The position numbers and the translations under genes were made by a program. A stretch of 63,057 nucleotides of DNA, the filler included, from Folioceros fuciformis (Eukaryota), in NCBI GenBank assembly GCA_049999805.1. It is 7 parts of 7 records of this genome, joined end to end, with 100 filler letters (N's around TTAATTAATTAA, not from the genome) between each part and the next. Parts side by side here need not be neighbours in the genome. Positions count along the whole stretch, not along the records: positions 21,773 to 28,752 come from JBNGIO010002926.1; positions 28,853 to 39,228 come from JBNGIO010002927.1; 5 more parts are not named here. One strand, 5' to 3'. This document shows positions 26,301 through 38,538 of this stretch, piece by piece. How positions within the stretch are numbered: the stretch's first letter is position 1; every line of letters begins with the position of its first letter. The notes under the pieces were generated by a model. That model saw nothing but the letters and a program-made list of their open reading frames with translations. It ran no database searches and was not told the origin of the DNA.

Positions 26301-27449
26301 CCCTCCAGCCCCTCACTTCAGCTCAACTTCTCACTTCAACACTTCCACTTCCAAAATCTGCAACTCAACCCTTCTCTCCTGCAATTTGGAACACAACAGC
26401 CTTCCCTCTTGCAGCCTTCAAGGCAGAGACGAGGCCTAGGGCTGGGTAGCCTCCTTGGCTCACGGCCCTACAACCTCACCTCAGCCAGCATGCAAGGTGG
26501 TCAGCCATTGCGGATCCGACCACACGAATCTTGGCAATCTTGGGATCCTCCATGTTCCCCTAGTGGCAAGGGAAATCATTACCTTGGTTTAGTCTCCACC
26601 AGCTTAGCGCCCTGAGCCAGGAGTTCTGCACCCAAGGTCCAGGGAAATCGCACCGTAAACAGCCCTCTCCTCAACGGCAGGTCTAGCCTCTTATACTACC
26701 TTGGCCCAAACCTCCATCTCTATCTATTAGGGTTAGCCTCAGTCAACCACCCAGCAATCTCTCTCTGACCTAAGCCGCCCCTAATTCTGACCTAAACCTA
26801 ACTCTAACCTAACCCTAACTTTGACCCAAACCTAGTTCTGACCTAATAGGGGTTATGTCCCATGGACACCACTGGGTGCCCTTACCAAAATTGACCAACC
26901 TCTCAAGACTACCAAAATGGTCAGTGCCTCTCAACACTCTCCCTCCTCTCTCAAATCATTCCATCCCTTCTCTCAGATCATTCCAGCAACCCTTCAAAGA
27001 TGCGTCTCGCCTCACCATTAATCTAGCTACTAATCTAACCTAATCTTTTAACCATTTCACCACAGGGTTCACTCAGAGATTCCCAAAAAGAGAAATCCTA
27101 CCATTTTCCAAGGACCTATTCAGCATGTGGAGTCCACAACAGCCTAATCCAGAATGGCACCTGGAAGCTTGAACCATTGCCACAAGGGAGAAAGGCGGTT
27201 ACCTGTAAGTGGGTCTTTAAGACCAAGCTCAACCCTGATGGTTCTACTGCAAGGTACAAGGCCAGGTTAGTGGCTCATGGATTCACGCAGCGATCAGGTC
27301 TAGATTACCATGATACCTTTTCGCCAGTTGTTAGGTTCACCTCAGTCCATGTCCTCCTTGCCTTCGTAGCACAGAATGACCTCACAGTCCATCATATGGA
27401 TGTGAAGAGAGCTTTCCTGCACGGAGAATTAGAAGAGAATGTGTATATG
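23322..27449 (+). mobile_element. Ty1/Copia element 4 (gag part, PR, INT, start of RT), degenerate; interrupted by a solo LTR and a family-B repeat
   Basis: CNWCKILGHFEKDC, WFMDSGASHH, LWYHRLSH, TDGGGEY, CKWVFKTK..YKARLVAHGF, HMDVKRAFL. Confidence 0.93.
25821..27138 (+). mobile_element. Family-A solo LTR (1318 bp)
   Basis: Inverted termini TGTGGA...TCCACA and a perfect 5-bp TSD ACAGC. Removing it restores Copia EYDS|LIQNGTW. Confidence 0.95.
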
Positions 27450-28519
27450 TGTGGAGGCAAAACCCCGGGCACTGATTGCCGACGGGTTCCACCTTTAGTG
27501 GCCACACTTATCCCACTGTCGTTGAGACATTGGGTTCCGTTCCTACGAAGGAGCGATGGGGTTCCTTGCTGCAGTGGATGGAGGGTCGGACTCAATCGAC
27601 TCGATGATGGATTCAAGGGCTCCCCTCCAGCTCCGATCAGGCGTAGGACAAGCCTCGCTGTCCAACGGTCAGCTGCACCTCTCTCGGTGCCCACAAAAAC
27701 ACTCCAGTCACTACAACGACCCTAACCGCTCAGATCTGCGACTTCCCTCACTCACTTCACTCGCTCTCTCACTCCAGCACCAACACCAGCAACTAACAAC
27801 AACACCACTACCTTCTACACTTCCCTATTGACTCCTCCTACCCGGCAAGAGTCACTAGACTAACCCCAAAGAAAAGAAAGAAGGGAACACACTTCCCTCT
27901 CGGATATCTCCTCCCCACAACCTTACCAGACGCCATGAAACATGACCGGCCTACAGCACTTGTCCAAACAGGGAACAAGAGTGGACAGGTCGAGAGAAAG
28001 ACACATCCTTTACAATCAAGAACTAGAGGCAAGCCCCTTCACCCTGGTCATTACACCTTGTAATCCTACCTGACACTGTACAACCGGCAACACGCAGCTT
28101 GCGATCCTACCAGACGTTGCACAGCCGGCAACACACTGTAGGTCCTAAACCAAGCAGGGACATACCACAGGAGCTCATGTAGAGAGTACCTCCAAGAGCT
28201 CACGAAGTGATAGACTAACTTCCAAAGTGAATGACTACCTCCTCCTACAGGCTCACCTGATCTTATAGGAGCCTCTCTCTCTCTCTGACTTCACCTCTCT
28301 CTAATTTGACAAATATTATTTTAATAGGACCACTAGCCTAGCTGGCTGTCACCAGAGACTTATTTAGACTTCTAGCACATCCTGCCACCAATGAGTTGGC
28401 CCTACAACCACAAGGATCTAGCATCGCTTAGAGTATCCAGAGACTTCGGAGGATGTATGATCTTCAAAGATCTGCAGACGCCGCCTCTTCCTTGCTAGAT
28501 AGCTGCCCGCTAAGTCTTT
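27450..28519 (+). mobile_element. Family-B long LTR-like repeat inserted in Copia RT
   Basis: Starts TGTGGAGGC right after the RT motif EENVYM. Interrupted at ~28520 by another LTR. Confidence 0.85.
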
Positions 28520-28522
28520 TAA

Positions 28523-28752
28523 TGTAATAAATCAATTATGTATATTTTTATTCATGAGTAATAGAAAATAAAATAATAATACGTGTTACTATTTTTCTCT
28601 CATTCTATATGTGCCATTTATGTCCTTTTATATATCATCCCCAAAATGACCTAATCTGAAAGGGTGCCTAAATAAATAATTATTAAGATTTACATAATGA
28701 TTGGATGAAGGGTTATTACTATATTACTCTAACACTCCCTCTTAACCCTCAC
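28523..28752 (-). mobile_element. 3' LTR (28523-28734) plus PPT of another Copia-type element; remainder lost in gap
   Basis: TGTAAT...CTAACA bounded AT-rich 212 bp, followed by CTCCCTCTTAA (PPT on the minus strand). Confidence 0.7.
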
Positions 28753-28898
28753 NNNNNNNNNNNNNNNNNNNNNNNNNNNNNNNNNNNNNNNNNNNNTTAA
28801 TTAATTAANNNNNNNNNNNNNNNNNNNNNNNNNNNNNNNNNNNNNNNNNNNNTTTTTCAACCAAAACAAACTACTACCCCAAACTTTGGAGGTTCACA

Positions 28899-31800
28899 AG
28901 TCCACATGTTCTTGGCGTAGTCCCTTTGTGCTGCTATTGCGAACAGTGTACGGACATAGGTGGCCCTGACTACAGACAAAAAGGTTTCTGTATAGTCCAG
29001 GCCTTCAACCTGGCTATACCCTCTTGCTACGAGACGAGCCTTGAAACGTGCTATGCTCCTATGAGCTGCAAGCTTTTTCTCAAATACCCACTTGCAGGTT
29101 ACTGGCTTTGTGCCATGAGGTAGGTCCACTAGTTCCCATGTACCGTTGTCCAGCAGTGACTGGTACCCTGAATCAATTGCCGCTGACCACTTTGACGCCT
29201 CAGGTCCACTGATAGCCTCTTTGTAGGATAGGGGCTCGACCAAGCTGTCAGGTGTGCTGTCATCCTGCACAAGGAATGAGTTGTAGGGGAGGGGTGGTGT
29301 TACCCACTCGTCGGGCGAAGCTGTGTGTCTCCTACTGCTTCGTCTTGGCAATTCAGCTTCTGGAGCTCATTCCTCCTCCGTCTCAGAGGCTTGTCCTTGT
29401 TTAGGTTCCATGACAGCTGCTTCCTCTTGGCTGCTAGTGTGGCTGCCTTCTGTATCCGCTTCATTCTCGTTGCTATCAGCAGTTCTAGCTTGGGTGTCAC
29501 CAGTGGTTTCCGCATCTTCGTCATCTAGGAACACGGTTGCAATCTGGTCGATAGTAGCTGCAGGCACGTGAGCAAAGTGGGTTGTGGTGCTGGTATGCTG
29601 GTATGTCTCCTCACTGCTTTCCCCTTCAGTGGTCCTACTTGTGGATGCTTCCTGTTCAGGTACCAGCTTCGAGAGCTCAGGAGGAGGTGTGAGGAGTGAC
29701 AGCTCGTCGAACACCACACTCCAGCAATGGGTGGTGCTTCTAGTGTTAGGATCCAGCAATTTATACCCTTAATACCTTCTGTGTAACCCACAAGTATGTA
29801 CTTGCGTGCCTTATAGTCGAGCTTGATCCTTCGGTCCTTGGACAAGTGTGTGTATGCTGGAGCACCGAAAATCCTCAGGTGATTTATTCGGGGCTTGTGG
29901 GTTGTCCAGCGCTCGTAAGGAGTTGCTCCTATGAACACGCTGGTAGGTCCCCTATTCCTGATGTATACAGCCGTACTAACTGCTTCTGCCCAGTACCCAC
30001 GTGAAAGACGTGCTTGCTGTAGCATTGCTTTTGCAGCTTCTTGTGTATGCCGGTTACTGATCTCTGCTATGGGGTTTTGTGCAGATGTGTACGGGGTGGT
30101 TAGCTGTATGGCTATGCTCTGTCCCTTGCAGAAGCTAGTAAAGGCATTCGAGGTATATTCGCCCCCGTTATCGCTCCTCAAGGTTTTCAACAGTTCACCT
30201 GTTTGCCTTTGTGCAAACGTCACAAATTCCATGAAGCATTCCAAGGTTTGGCTCTTCTGCTTGAGAGGGTACACCACAGTGTATCGGTTCCAATCATCTA
30301 TAAAAGACAAAAAGTATCTAGCTCTGCCAAGGGAGGTTGTGGACATGGGTCCACATAGGTCTGTATGTACCAGCTCCAGGAGCTTGGTAGCCCAAGTAGG
30401 GTTGCTATCTTGGTAGGGAGCACGATGGTATTTGCCGAACACACATGCCTCGCAGAAGGGCTTCTTAGCATGCTTCATCAGGAACTTCTCATGGTAAAGT
30501 GTGCTACTTTTAACCATTGTGTTTAGCTTGTCAAAGTTTGTGTGACCCAGCCGGCAATGCCACAGCTTCTTGTTGTGCCCGTGTCAGGTTTGCCATTGGT
30601 CTGCCAAGCTCATACTGGATGTCCAGTTTGTACCGGTTATGCACAGGAGTCCCTATTGCAACTATTTCACCTTTGTTTACCTAGTCAAGTACATGACATT
30701 GCCCGTTAGTGAACATAGTGCTCAGGTCGTGCTGCGTGTCTAGTAAGTAGACTTACACCAGGTTTTTGACCAGGGCTGGTACGTGCTGGACTTCGAGCAG
30801 GGTTTCAACCCTTCCACTTGTCGAAAGGACAGGGACCTTGCTGACTCCTACAACTGGCAGGCCACGATTGTCACCAAGTAGGACGACCTGACCCCTTGGG
30901 ACTTTTCTATACTCAGAGAATGCAGACAGAGTGTGGCAAATGTGCGACAACGCACCTGAGTCAAGGTAGCATGCATGCTTGTACTTTGGTGTAGAGACCA
31001 TGTAGACTGTTAGGACTGTGCCACACTTCCTCGACGTGATGTTGGCTTCAAGTGGGGCTGTACGGCGGGGCTCCCCTGCCTCCTTTTTCCTGCACTCTGC
31101 CTCCCAGTGTCCTAGAATGAGGCACCAGTTGCATGGGCCCTTTTTCTTGGTAGCAACTGCCGAAGGACGGCGTTTGAAGCTCCCACTGCCTCCAGCATTC
31201 TGATACTGTGAACCCCGACGTGGTGGCTGCCTCTTGGAACCTCTGTTAGTGTAGAGGACTCTGTTTGAGGACTCTCCTCTGGCGGAGGTACCACCTCTGC
31301 TAGCAATCCTCGTGGATTCTTCCTCCAGGAGGGCTCCGATGAGTCTGAAAGAGATACTGCAGGTGTTTGTCCTGCAGGTGTGGCCTGGGCCACGTTTCTC
31401 ATGTGTGTATAGTGATTGCTTACAAACACCCGGTAGCTGTCCGATAGGGAGAGAAGGAGGGCTACTGCAGCCTGCATCTCGATTGTTGCAGTCCCACAAG
31501 AGGTAAGCTTTGACCTTAGCATCCGGAACTTTATAACGTGTTGTTGCACTGACTCGTGCTCCTTCATCTTGCAGTTGTAGAACGCACGAGTAGCACTCAC
31601 CATGGAGGACCCGTTTGACACTTGGTAAATTTGATTCAAGGAGTTCCATACATCCTTGGTTGTGTCGGCATCTTGAGTATGATGCATCATAGACCCGTCC
31701 AAGGCTGATTGAATGATGCCCAATGCTCGAAGATCCATCTTTGCCCAAACATCAACATCACCTTGGACTGCTCATGGCGAAGGCTTGGGCACTGTGCCCG

Positions 31801-33252
31801 TCACAATGCCTCAGAGGTCATGCTCTCTTAGAATGGTTTGTACCCGTAAAGCCCATATGTCAAATCGGGTCCCATTAAATCTGTCTTTTTCTTTAAAGTT
31901 TATTTTCACGTTGTTGACCGTGGTTGTGTTGTTGGTGACAGTATGAGGTGGTGGTTGTGCCATGTTTCCTACAACTTGGTGTGCGAGTGCTGCTCCTGAT
32001 TGTGCAACTGCGTATGCCTAAGCTAGTTGTGCTACTGATACAGCATGCAAGCTTGTATTTGACTGGGAGGATGCAGCCTCCTGATTTAGACCAAGTGGAT
32101 CAACGGGAAATGGATTCAAGTCGGGGTTTACACCCCTTCCAATACCACAACCTCTACGACTGCCTCTTGGGTTTCTGATACCCCTACCATGATTACTATG
32201 GGACATGAGCCAGGTTTAGAGGGATGCCTGATCATGGGATGCACGAGACAAGGATTCTCGTTCCCATGACTCAAAACTTACTGGATGTGCCTGATTCATC
32301 TCCAGGTTTGGATAGGTCTGGTCAGGTTGCTTTGCAGGTTTGTGGGGTGCAGAGAGCCTATACAGCAACTCTATTTGACGTGTGAGGGTCACAATATGCC
32401 TCTGGGAATTGATGACCCTATCAGTCAGGTCACAAACCTGCTGACTATGTCTTTCTGACTCGGACCTTACAAGGTTGTAAATTTCCCGGAGGAATGGATC
32501 AGGATTGGGAGGATACGTGCTTGTGCAATTTTTGCAACAGGAAGTTTCACTCGCTCTCTGTGCGCTAATTGCTAGTGAGTGAGAAATTTCCTTGCGCATT
32601 TGCTTTCTTAGACTTGCTAAGGGATCTACCTGAACAGGTTTCAAAAACTGGTTGATGTACCTTCGTGATGCAGGCCTGGGACACATATTAAAGAAATGTT
32701 GGAGACTTTGATGTTGAGCCTCTACACTTAGACCAGGACTACAGGCAAACGGATCTACAGGTATTTTGCCTTTTCCACGTGCTCTCGGCATCCCGCTTAT
32801 CTATGAATAGTAGGGAAAGATAATATCTGCAAGAATCTTGTCAGCCATGTCTCCAGTCCTAACCGGCACTAATCGCATTGTAGAGATTACCATGCGGAAG
32901 TGCTCATGCGACAATCTTTTAATGCAGTCTACACTCTTGCAGGTTGTGCAATGCTTAGGTGGGGACATTGGCAAATCCATGCTCTGATACCATGGAAAAT
33001 TATAGACTAGTATCGAGAGAACAAGATTGCAGAAAAGAAAGAATTAAATTGTGCGCGGCCGGGATCAGCCTTAAGGCAAGAAGTGGGTGCATCGGTTCAC
33101 GGTGTCGTGAACGACGGTTAGTTAGGTCACAACTCTATAAAACGCCGAAGCGTTTCATATCTCGGCGTTTCACACCTAATGAATGAATGAATTAATTAAT
33201 TAATTAAGGCTGGCTACTTAAAATGCTAATTACTACGTATTCGCATTTTCCA
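28899..33252 (-). mobile_element. Ty1/Copia element 3 (5' LTR, PBS, leader ORF, gag, PR, INT, start of RT), abutting the truncated Gypsy protease
   Basis: LTR 32993-33252 with TGGAAAAT/ATTTTCCA termini; PBS 32981-32992. gag FKEKDRFNG..W and CNWCLILGHWEAEC; YLDSGA; RSDNGGEY; RT CKWVF..FKARLVARGYSQ. Cut at 28898 by another TG-starting repeat. Confidence 0.93.
32216..32791 (-). CDS. Copia leader extra ORF (191 aa, unknown function, helical/coiled-coil C-terminal half)
   Basis: Intact ATG-to-stop ORF between PBS and gag. Protein-level homolog at 19616-20221 in element 2. Confidence 0.75.
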   Translation of the reverse strand: MPRARGKGKIPVDPFACSPGLSVEAQHQSLQHFFNMCPRPASRRYINQFLKPVQVDPLASLRKQMRKEISHSLAISAQRASETSCCKNCTSTYPPNPDPFLREIYNLVRSESERHSQQVCDLTDRVINSQRHIVTLTRQIELLYRLSAPHKPAKQPDQTYPNLEMNQAHPVSFESWERESLSRASHDQASL

Positions 33253-33768
33253 TAAGAAGAAGAGATAGCGATTGATATGAAATGTTTGATTGTCAAATCT
33301 GGAAATTTTGATGTTATTTTAGGGACAAAGGCTTTATTCATGCATGGAGGAGGAGTGGACTTATGGACAGAGGAGTTTTACTATCGTCCAGGGTGGCGAC
33401 AAGGTGAGGGAATGAGAGTAGCAACAATTCCACTTAAGTTGCAATTACAGGATGACATGCAAGATGCGTGTGTAGTAAACATGACGACTTCTTGGGATGA
33501 GCAGGAGAAAGAAGATGAAGATGATAAGTTGTGGGTGGAGCGTCATATGGATAAGTTATGTTTAAAGGAATATAGTCATAACAGAGTGGAGGAGATCGCA
33601 ATGAGAGAAAATGTTAGTAGAGCATTAGCTGAAATTTTTAGAGAGCTTGAAAAACGACAGACTGAGTTTCAGCTAGATGATAAAATTCAGCTTTGTACAA
33701 AGAAAGCAGTTTGTAAACTTGAACCTGTGTGTAATAAACTTCTGACATTGAGTTCGTCTGAGTATGGA

Positions 33769-34705
33769 TTGGTTGTGGTTGAGTTGTTTGCTGGGATTGC
33801 ATCTGGTCTGGAGGCTGTGTTGGCTGCTGGGTATGTGGTCAGACGTTACATTTATTGTGATCCAGATGAAGTTTGTCAGGCAATTGCGAAGGCAAGGGTG
33901 TTTAAATTATGCAAAAAGTATCTTGAGCAATTAAAGGTTGAAGCTGTGAAGCAAGCGTTTTCTGTTTGGCTACAAGATGTTAGGCTTATAGGATTGGTAC
34001 AATTTCAAATGGAGGAAGAAGTTGATATGATAATAGCTGTCTGGGAATGTTAAGGGCATTCAATGGCAGGCAAGGGAAAAGGCTTGTTGGATTATAGGTC
34101 GGTGTTATTTTATGAGCTAATTAGGATTTTGAATTTGGTGCAAAACCATCAGAAGAAAGAATGTGGCTTTGTGATTGACAATGTGGATTCGCAAATGGAT
34201 AGAAGAGTAGCGTTGAGGTGAGATTTTGAGGAGATCAAGTATTATTTAGGTGAACCTATAAAGTTGGATGCAGTGTAGTTTGGATCTAGGGCTCATAGGC
34301 ATCGTTGTTTTTGGAATAACATGATGCCTAGGCATTTGTTGCAGATGCTTGTGAGTCAGTGGCAAAGGGATGATGATTAGATAGTCGATTAGATATTAGA
34401 TGAGGGGCGAGTGAGTAGGCAGGTGACTTCTGATGATAGACGGCCTTTTTATTGTGTAAATAAAAAGGGGGAGCTCAAGAGGGCGTTACCAACATTTGTA
34501 AGTTTTGAGGTGCCAATGCATTTAAAGGGGAAGGGCCTGGGATGATATTTGATATGAAGAGGAAGGTGTGGGATGTGCCATGGAGAGAGAGAGGACGATG
34601 GGTTTTGGCACAAATGCTACTCAAGTGGAAGGCATAATATTTAAGTAGAGGAATAAAAAACTTGGACAAGCTATGGATTTGAATACAATCAGATGGCTTA
34701 TGATG
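33769..34705 (+). pseudogene. DNMT3-like C5 cytosine DNA methyltransferase domain inside the Gypsy pol
   Basis: Motif I VVELFAGIASG; II YIYCDPD; III QDVR; IV DMIIAVWEC*GHSMAG; GLLDYRSVLFYELIRIL; VI FVIDNV; VIII PIKLDAV*FGSRAHRHRCFWNN; IX ERERTMGF; X LGQAMDLNTIRWL. Canonical order, in frame with the protease; stops and frameshifts present. Confidence 0.9.
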
Positions 34706-37700
34706 TCTATAAAAGTTTATTAGGAGTGGAAGAGAAAGTGGAAAGTTATTTTAAGCACAAGGTTAGAAGGACGTAGTCTAAGTAAAGTAAGAAGAGATGA
34801 AGGTCTAGACACTGGGGGGGAGACTAAGAGAATGAGAGAGCATGATGAGGTTTTAGGTGATGAGTGCAAGCAAAGCAAGCAAATGAGATATGGGGCAAAG
34901 GTGGTAGATGCGGAAAGAAAAGTTGGGAATGCGGCTAGCTCAGGCTGTGGGATTAACGTCTATGAGAAACAGGAGTGTATGGATTTTCAGTGGGATATTT
35001 TTGATGAGATAACCTTGGAGGATAGGGAGGATTTTGTAAGGATTTTGGAAAGTAGCAGGCAGGTATTTGCTTTTTCCAATAAGGAATTAGGCAAGCACAA
35101 GACATTTAAGTTTAAGATTCGGCTTAAAACTTCTGAACCGGTTTTTAGAAGGCCATATCGTTTGAGTAAATTGGAGAATGAGATTGTGGACAAGAAATGT
35201 CAAGAGCTGCTTGAGGCTGGATTGATAAGATCTTTGGAAATCAAAGTATGCAACAGCTACGGTGCTCCCACCAAAGAAGGATGTGCATGGTAATTGGACA
35301 GAAAAGAGGATGTGTGGTGACTATAGACCGCTTAATGAGGTGACGCCTATGGATAGATATCCAATGCCGACTCCTGAGGAGATTTTTGATGCAATTGGTG
35401 AATGTAACATATTTTCAACATTGGATTTGAGGGGTGGCTTTAATCAAATTGAAATTGAGGAGGAGGATAAAAAGACTACTTTTTGGGGTAATAGATGTTT
35501 GTGGGAATGGGTAGTTATCCCATTTGGATTGAAGAATGCTCCTAGTGCTTTTCAGGGAGCAATGGATCAAGCATTGAGAGGTTTGTCATTCACCAAATGT
35601 TACATAGATGATGTAATAATCTTTAGTAGTAGTGTGGAAGAACATAAGAAGCATGTTAGGCGAGTGTTGGATAAACTGAAAGAGGTTGGTTTGACGTGTC
35701 ACCCACAAAAGTGCAGGTTTGGGTCCTCTAAGATAGCATATTTGGGACATTTTATAGTGCCTAGGGGTACAACACTATCTGATGTTAAAGTTGAAACGAT
35801 AGCAAAAATGATACCACCTTCGGATGTGGGAACTTTGCGTTATTTTTTAGGATTGGTGAATTATTATCGCAATTTTGTGGCAAACCACAGTGTGGAGGTA
35901 AAACCAATGACAATGTTGTTAAAGAAAGATGCAGTGTGGGTTTGGAGAGAAGATCAGCAGAGAGCATTTAAGGAGATAAGGACATTTTGATGAGCAAGAC
36001 CTTGTTCATAAGACCTCATTTTGACAGAAAGTTTAAGTTATATATAGATTGGAGCAAACTTGGTTTGGGATCAGTGCTGGTGCAAGATGATGAGAGTGGG
36101 GTAGAACATGTGGTAGCATATGCAAGCAGGAGTAACAATTCTGCAGAGAGCAATTATTCCTTATATCATGGGGAATGTTTGGCGGCAGTGTGGGCAGTAT
36201 CACACTTTAGACCTTGTTTGTATGGGGCTCAATTTGAGTTGGTGACAGATCATCAGCCTTTGAAGTGGTTGATGAAGAGTGAAAAGTTGACAGGAAAGTG
36301 AGCAAGGTGGGCACTTATTTTGCAAGAGTATAATTTTTCTATTGAGCATAGGACAGGAGTGAAACACACAAATGCAGATGTGTTGTCAAGAAATCCATTG
36401 GGAACTTCAGAAGACTTAACAGTTGCTAAGCAGGATTTTGATAAGAATGTTGGGGTTGACTGCAATCTGGTGGTGTCCAGATGGACACCTAGCGCATATT
36501 TGGTGAATTTGGTGGAGTTGGGAGTTTCTTCGGTGCCAGTAGATGTGTGGGAGGATAAGAATACATTAGAGAGGGTGATGATAGGTGGTAATCAGGAATC
36601 GCTAACGGTGAAGGAGAATGATAGGGTGACAAAGCGTAGTAGGAGATATGTATGGGTTGACAATAAGTTGTTGTTTAAGGATAACATGAGTGTGGTACCA
36701 AGACTTGAAGAAAAAAAGGGTTTGGCAAGAAAGATTCAGGTGGAGTTAGGACATTTTGGTACAAAAAGAACATTGAGTTTGCTCATGAATAGTTATTATT
36801 AGAAGGGAATGATGGATGTAGTTGAGAAGGTAGTGTCTACTTGTGAGGTTTGTGATAGGGTGAAGGCAAGTTTCTCAGGCAAAACTTCTCAACTTCATCT
36901 GCTGCCTATTAGGGGGATGTTTTATAGGTGGCGTTTGGATTTGGCTGGAGAGTTATCAGTCACATGTAGAGGTTTTAAATATGTGTTGGTGATGATAGAA
37001 CATTTTTCTAAATGGATAGTTTTGGTGCCTTTGAGAGAGAAGAAGTCACATGATATTAAGGAATCATTTCTCAATCATGTGTTGAGTGTTTTTAGGGCTT
37101 GTGCAGAAGTTCTAATAGATCAAGGCACTGAATTTATGGGAGAATTTGATCAATTTTTAAATGAGTACTTTATTGATCATAGGGTAACTTCAAGGAATCA
37201 CCCGGAGGCTGATGGTTTAGCAAAGAGAATGGTACAGACATGTAAGAGTGCTTTGAGGAAATATTGTCTGGACAAGAGTGAGTGGGATAGGATGTTACTA
37301 TTTAATGCAATGGGTTGTAGGATGAGTAGGCAAGCATCGCTGGGAAAGTTTTCACCGTACATGTTGTTTGGGCGTAGACTACAGTTATCTGGTATGTTAG
37401 AAGACAAGGTGAATGCTATAGTGAATTTGGACGATCCTAATAAGTGATTAAAGATAGTCACGTACAGAGCAGAGTTGTTTAAAAAAAGCAATGCCTATGG
37501 CAATGGATAATTTGTTAATAGCTCAATATAGGGATGAGCTAAGATACAGGAAAACAAGGAGTGGACATTTCAGGCCTAAGGTGAAAAAGTTTGAAGTTGG
37601 AGATTATGTATATTTGCAGAGGAAGACGATGACGACAATTGATACAAGTGCGAGTAGGATAATATTGAGGGTGAGAAGTGTGAAGTTGAATGGAATTCTA

Positions 37701-37823
37701 GAGTTGGAGGGAAAGGATGGCACAACTTGTCTGGAACACATGAAAAATTGTGCACCATGTCATTTACCTCACTTGAATCCGATAATTGATGTGCAAGCTT
37801 TTGTGCCAAGGAAGGGGTTCGCT

Positions 37824-37958
37824 TGTATAGGTTGTGGAGATTCTGGAGGTGATCATTGCATGTTGTTGTGTGATAGATGCAATGATGGGTGGCATACTTT
37901 TTGTTTAGAGCCCCCGCTAGAAGTAGTGCCAGATGGGCAATGGTTTGTCCAATGTGTG
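37824..37958 (+). other. PHD finger at the integrase C-terminus
   Basis: CIGC..LLCDRC..WHTFC..PPL..VP.G.WF. Restoring one T at ~37946 gives WFCPMC and completes C4HC3. Confidence 0.88.
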
Positions 37959-38083
37959 TAGTAGTTGATACATTGTGAAGGGCAGTATGTTCAATGTGTA
38001 TGTATGTTGATGAAAAGTTTGTTAATCTGGCTTACCAACGAGAGATGGTCAGCAGGTTAAGGGAGGGAGTGAAGGTGTCACAG

Positions 38084-38373
38084 CGAGGGAGAAGGAGTAG
38101 AGGACAAATATTCTTTTCGTCAATCTTGTGTGTAGTAAACCACCAAAGAGTGGCAGGATGACCAGTAGCCTTGGTGTGCACGATGGAGAGGAAGCATACA
38201 AGGGGAGGCATTGAAGAATTATGAGTGTGATCACTAAACTCACATCGAGGGAGAAGGAGTAGAGGACAACTATTCCTTTCGTCGATCTCGTGTGTAGTAA
38301 ACCACCAAAGAGTGGCAGGATGACCAGTAGCCTTGGTGTGCATGACGGAGAGGAAGCATCCAAGGGGAGGCAT
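38084..38373 (+). repeat. Two ~128-bp direct repeats (period 162) in the putative Gypsy 3' LTR
   Basis: CGAGGGAGAAGGAGTAGAGG...GGGGAGGCAT at 38084 and 38246. Confidence 0.9.
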
Positions 38374-38538
38374 CCAAGTGCACTGTTAACAAGAATATGC
38401 GCGTATATCATACAGGGGTTGGCCACCCCATATACATATGTATGCATGCTATATATATATATAATATATATGAGTGTTCAGAGACGTTTAGGGTTAAGTT
38501 CAGATGTTGAGGAGCAAGACCTCTTGAAGCACGACAAT

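Noticed and set aside
33188-33207. TTAATTAATTAA-like run resembling the linker
   Set aside because: No flanking Ns, and it lies inside a Copia LTR; treated as a natural simple repeat.
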